From assembly GCF_963921235.1 (NCBI RefSeq), contig NC_086097.1, positions 141,050,001 to 141,114,000 on the forward strand: a stretch of 64,000 nt of DNA. The letters are read 5' to 3'. Origin of the DNA: Mobula hypostoma. Lineage: Eukaryota. The translations under genes were made by a program, and so were the position numbers. This document shows, piece by piece, positions 61,515-64,000 of the stretch (positions within the stretch are counted from its first letter, which is position 1; each line of letters starts with the position of its first letter). Under the pieces are notes generated by a model that searched no databases, had not been told where the DNA came from, and saw only the letters and a list, made by a program, of their open reading frames with translations.

Positions 61515-61990
61515 AGAATCAGAATCAGGTTTTTGAAATTTGTTGTTTTGCGGCAGCAGTGCATTGCAATAAATAAAGAAGAGGACATGTCCTGGGTGGT
61601 GAGGATCTTTAATGACGGATGCCACCTTTTTGAGGCATCGCTCCTTGAAGATGTCCTGGATGCTGGGGAAGCTGATACCCATAATGGAGATGAGTTAGTT
61701 TACAACCGTTTGCAGCTTGTTTTAATCCTGTGCAGTCGTCTCCCACCCCTCCCCCGCCCCCATACCAGTTGGTGATGCAGCTTGTTCAAATGCTCCCCAC
61801 GGTACACATGAAGAAATTTGCAAGTGTCTTTGACATATCAAATCTCCTCAAAATCTGAATGAATTATAGCCGCTCTTGTGCCATCTTTGTAGCTGCATCA
61901 ACATGTTGGGCCTAGGATAGATCTTAAAAGATGTTGACACCCAGGAACTTGAAACTGTTCACCCTTTCGACTTCTGATCCCCCAGTAAGA
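61515..61990 (-). mobile_element. Rex1 3' fragment
   Basis: cagaatcagaatcag tail (reverse of ATTCTG repeats); minus ORF FPSIQDIFKERCLKKVASVIKDPHHPGH. Confidence 0.8.
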
Positions 61991-62924
61991 AGGTGGACTT
62001 CGTCTATATTTTTTGCTGCCTCAATAAAGCAGCCACATAATTAAAGACCCTATTCAGCTCAGTCACTGTCTCTTCTCACACCAGGAGCATCCTTGTACCT
62101 TCCCCAGGCTGAAGATACAAAAGCCTGAAAACACGGACCACCAAGGTGGTTTATATCCCACTGTTGTAAGACTATTGACTGTTTCCATAGTATGATAAGA
62201 TGGACTCTTGAAATCACAATCTACCTCGTATTGACCTGCACCTTGCTGTCCACCTGCACTGCACTTTCTTTGTAATGCAGCACTTTATTCTGCACTCTCT
62301 TATTGTATTACATTGTACTGCACTGTCTCAATGCATACTTGTGATAAATTGATCTGTATTAACACTAGCAAAAGAAATTTTTCACTGTACTTCAGCATAT
62401 GTGACAATAATAAATCAATTTACCAATTTACCGAAAGTTTTGAAATTGGATTTTGATTTCAGAAGGCTGCAGTGTGGTTGGACTGAAGTAACCGCACAAA
62501 AATGTAGCACACACACATTGACAGATCAGAATGGGAGTGTAATGGAGAATGGAAAGGACAGGTAATAGGAGCCTCACAGTTGTCTCATGAGTATGTGCTC
62601 TGCAAAGTGATTGGCCAGTCTCTGTTTTCTCTAGTGCAGAGGAGAGAATATTGGGAGCACTGAATTCACAATAAACTAGATTCAAGGTTCATATGAATTC
62701 CTGCTTCCTTTGGAAGGACTACTTGAGGTGCCAGATGGTGAGAAGAGGTGACAGGACAGGTTTTATAACTCCTGTGGTTACATAAGAAGGTTCTTCAAGA
62801 AGGAAAGTAGCTGTTGAAGATGGAAGAGTGATTTATTGAGTCTTACAGGGAATGGACCCGTCATCATACTGAAAGTGAATACTTGTCTGGTGGCAAAATC
62901 TTGATAAAGGTGCCTGAAGTTGTG

Positions 62925-63120
62925 AAGCAACACACATCAAATTTGCTGGTGAACACAACAGGCCAGGCAGCATCTCTAGCAAGAGGTACAGTAGAAGTTT
63001 TGGGCTGACACCCTTCCTCAGGACTAACTGAAGGAAGAGCTAGTAAGAGATTTGAAAGTGGGAGGGAGAGGGGGAGATCCAAAATGATAGGGAGAAGGAA
63101 AGGGGGGAGAGAACCCACAG
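62925..63120 (-). mobile_element. Penelope-like terminal repeat with an inactivated hammerhead core
   Basis: Minus strand CTGAGGA a gggtgtcagccc AAAAC TTC; the conserved GAAA is mutated to AAAA. Confidence 0.65.
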
Positions 63121-63394
63121 GATGGGCAAGGGGTATAGTCAGAGGGACAGAGGGAGAAAAGAGAGAGAGAGAGAAAGAGTGTGTGTACCCAGGAAGAAGG
63201 AGAAGTTGTGAAGCCTGGGTTTTACTGCCTGGGGGTAGGTTCAATCCTCCTTGCTGTTACCTTAGGAAAATTTGTGACAAAGGTCCTCTCCCAAAGTCTC
63301 CTTTCAATGGCTGAATAGTTCCCTCTCATTCGTAGCGTAGATTCTAACATCAAGAACATGAGAGGGTTTGTTGAGAATCCTATCTGAATAGCCT

Positions 63395-63420
63395 TGTGTG
63401 TGTGTGTGTGTGTGTGTGTG
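63395..63420. repeat. (TG)13 microsatellite
   Basis: Direct read. Confidence 0.95.
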
Positions 63421-64000
63421 TATACACCAAACCAATGACTTTGGATCATTGGCTTCCGTGGTAGAGGGAAATCTCTACAATAGGGACTGGGTGCCCTTGA
63501 ACAAGATGGAGACCTGGGAACCAATATGCTAACAGGGAAATTTGCTTTTGCTGCCTGCAAAGGTTTGAATTAAATCTCCAGGGATGGGACTTGAGAGTGA
63601 AGTCAGTGAGGAGACAGGGTACATGCAGTGACCGAAGTGTTCAAGTCTATCAGTCAGGATCAACATCTTTACAGCGAAAGGGCAGATAGAGCCACTGCTT
63701 TAAATTGCATCTATTTCAATGCAGGAAGCTGTCAACAAAATATTATTTAAGTACATATATCACAATATCCTACCTTGAGATTAATTTTCCTGCAGGCATT
63801 TACAGGAAAATTAAAACTACAGGAGAATTGATGAAAATTTATACACAAAGAATGACAAACCAATGTGCAAAAGAAGACAAATTGTGTAAATAATATATAT
63901 ATAATTTATTATATGATACATATATAACATTATTATACAAAGTATAATTATATATTATATAGTATACCATGTATTATATAAATGTGTATAATATGTATAT

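Noticed and set aside
63890-64000. Extremely AT-rich end of the window
   Set aside because: Low-complexity (AT)-rich simple repeat with no further structure visible.

Overview
Repeat-dominated vertebrate genomic DNA; the repeat families point to a cartilaginous fish, probably a ray (inference). Bases 1-23.1 kb are a giant, G-rich, strand-asymmetric 33-bp satellite with kb-scale higher-order duplications. It appears to sit inside a minus-strand LTR whose TG terminus is at 23929; a compact relative of that LTR lies at 44.2-45.5 kb. A CpG-rich island at 31.4-33.9 kb holds a T-cell receptor gamma-type V cluster: one intact V with a perfect 23-RSS and an intronless leader, and one frameshifted V pseudogene with a CRE/RUNX promoter. 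A possible third, badly decayed V lies at 40.1-40.7 kb. I found no J or C segment in the window. At 43.0-45.9 kb there is a decayed endogenous retrovirus with a gamma-type env (CxxC, furin site, ISD, CX6CC, TM) and its 3' LTR. The rest is nested CR1, Rex1/Babar, Tc1, Penelope-like (one with an intact minimal hammerhead ribozyme core), SINE and solo-LTR fragments. Nearly all ORFs in the track are repeat artefacts or transposon remnants. Repeat family names come from motif recognition, not database searches, and many repeat boundaries are approximate.
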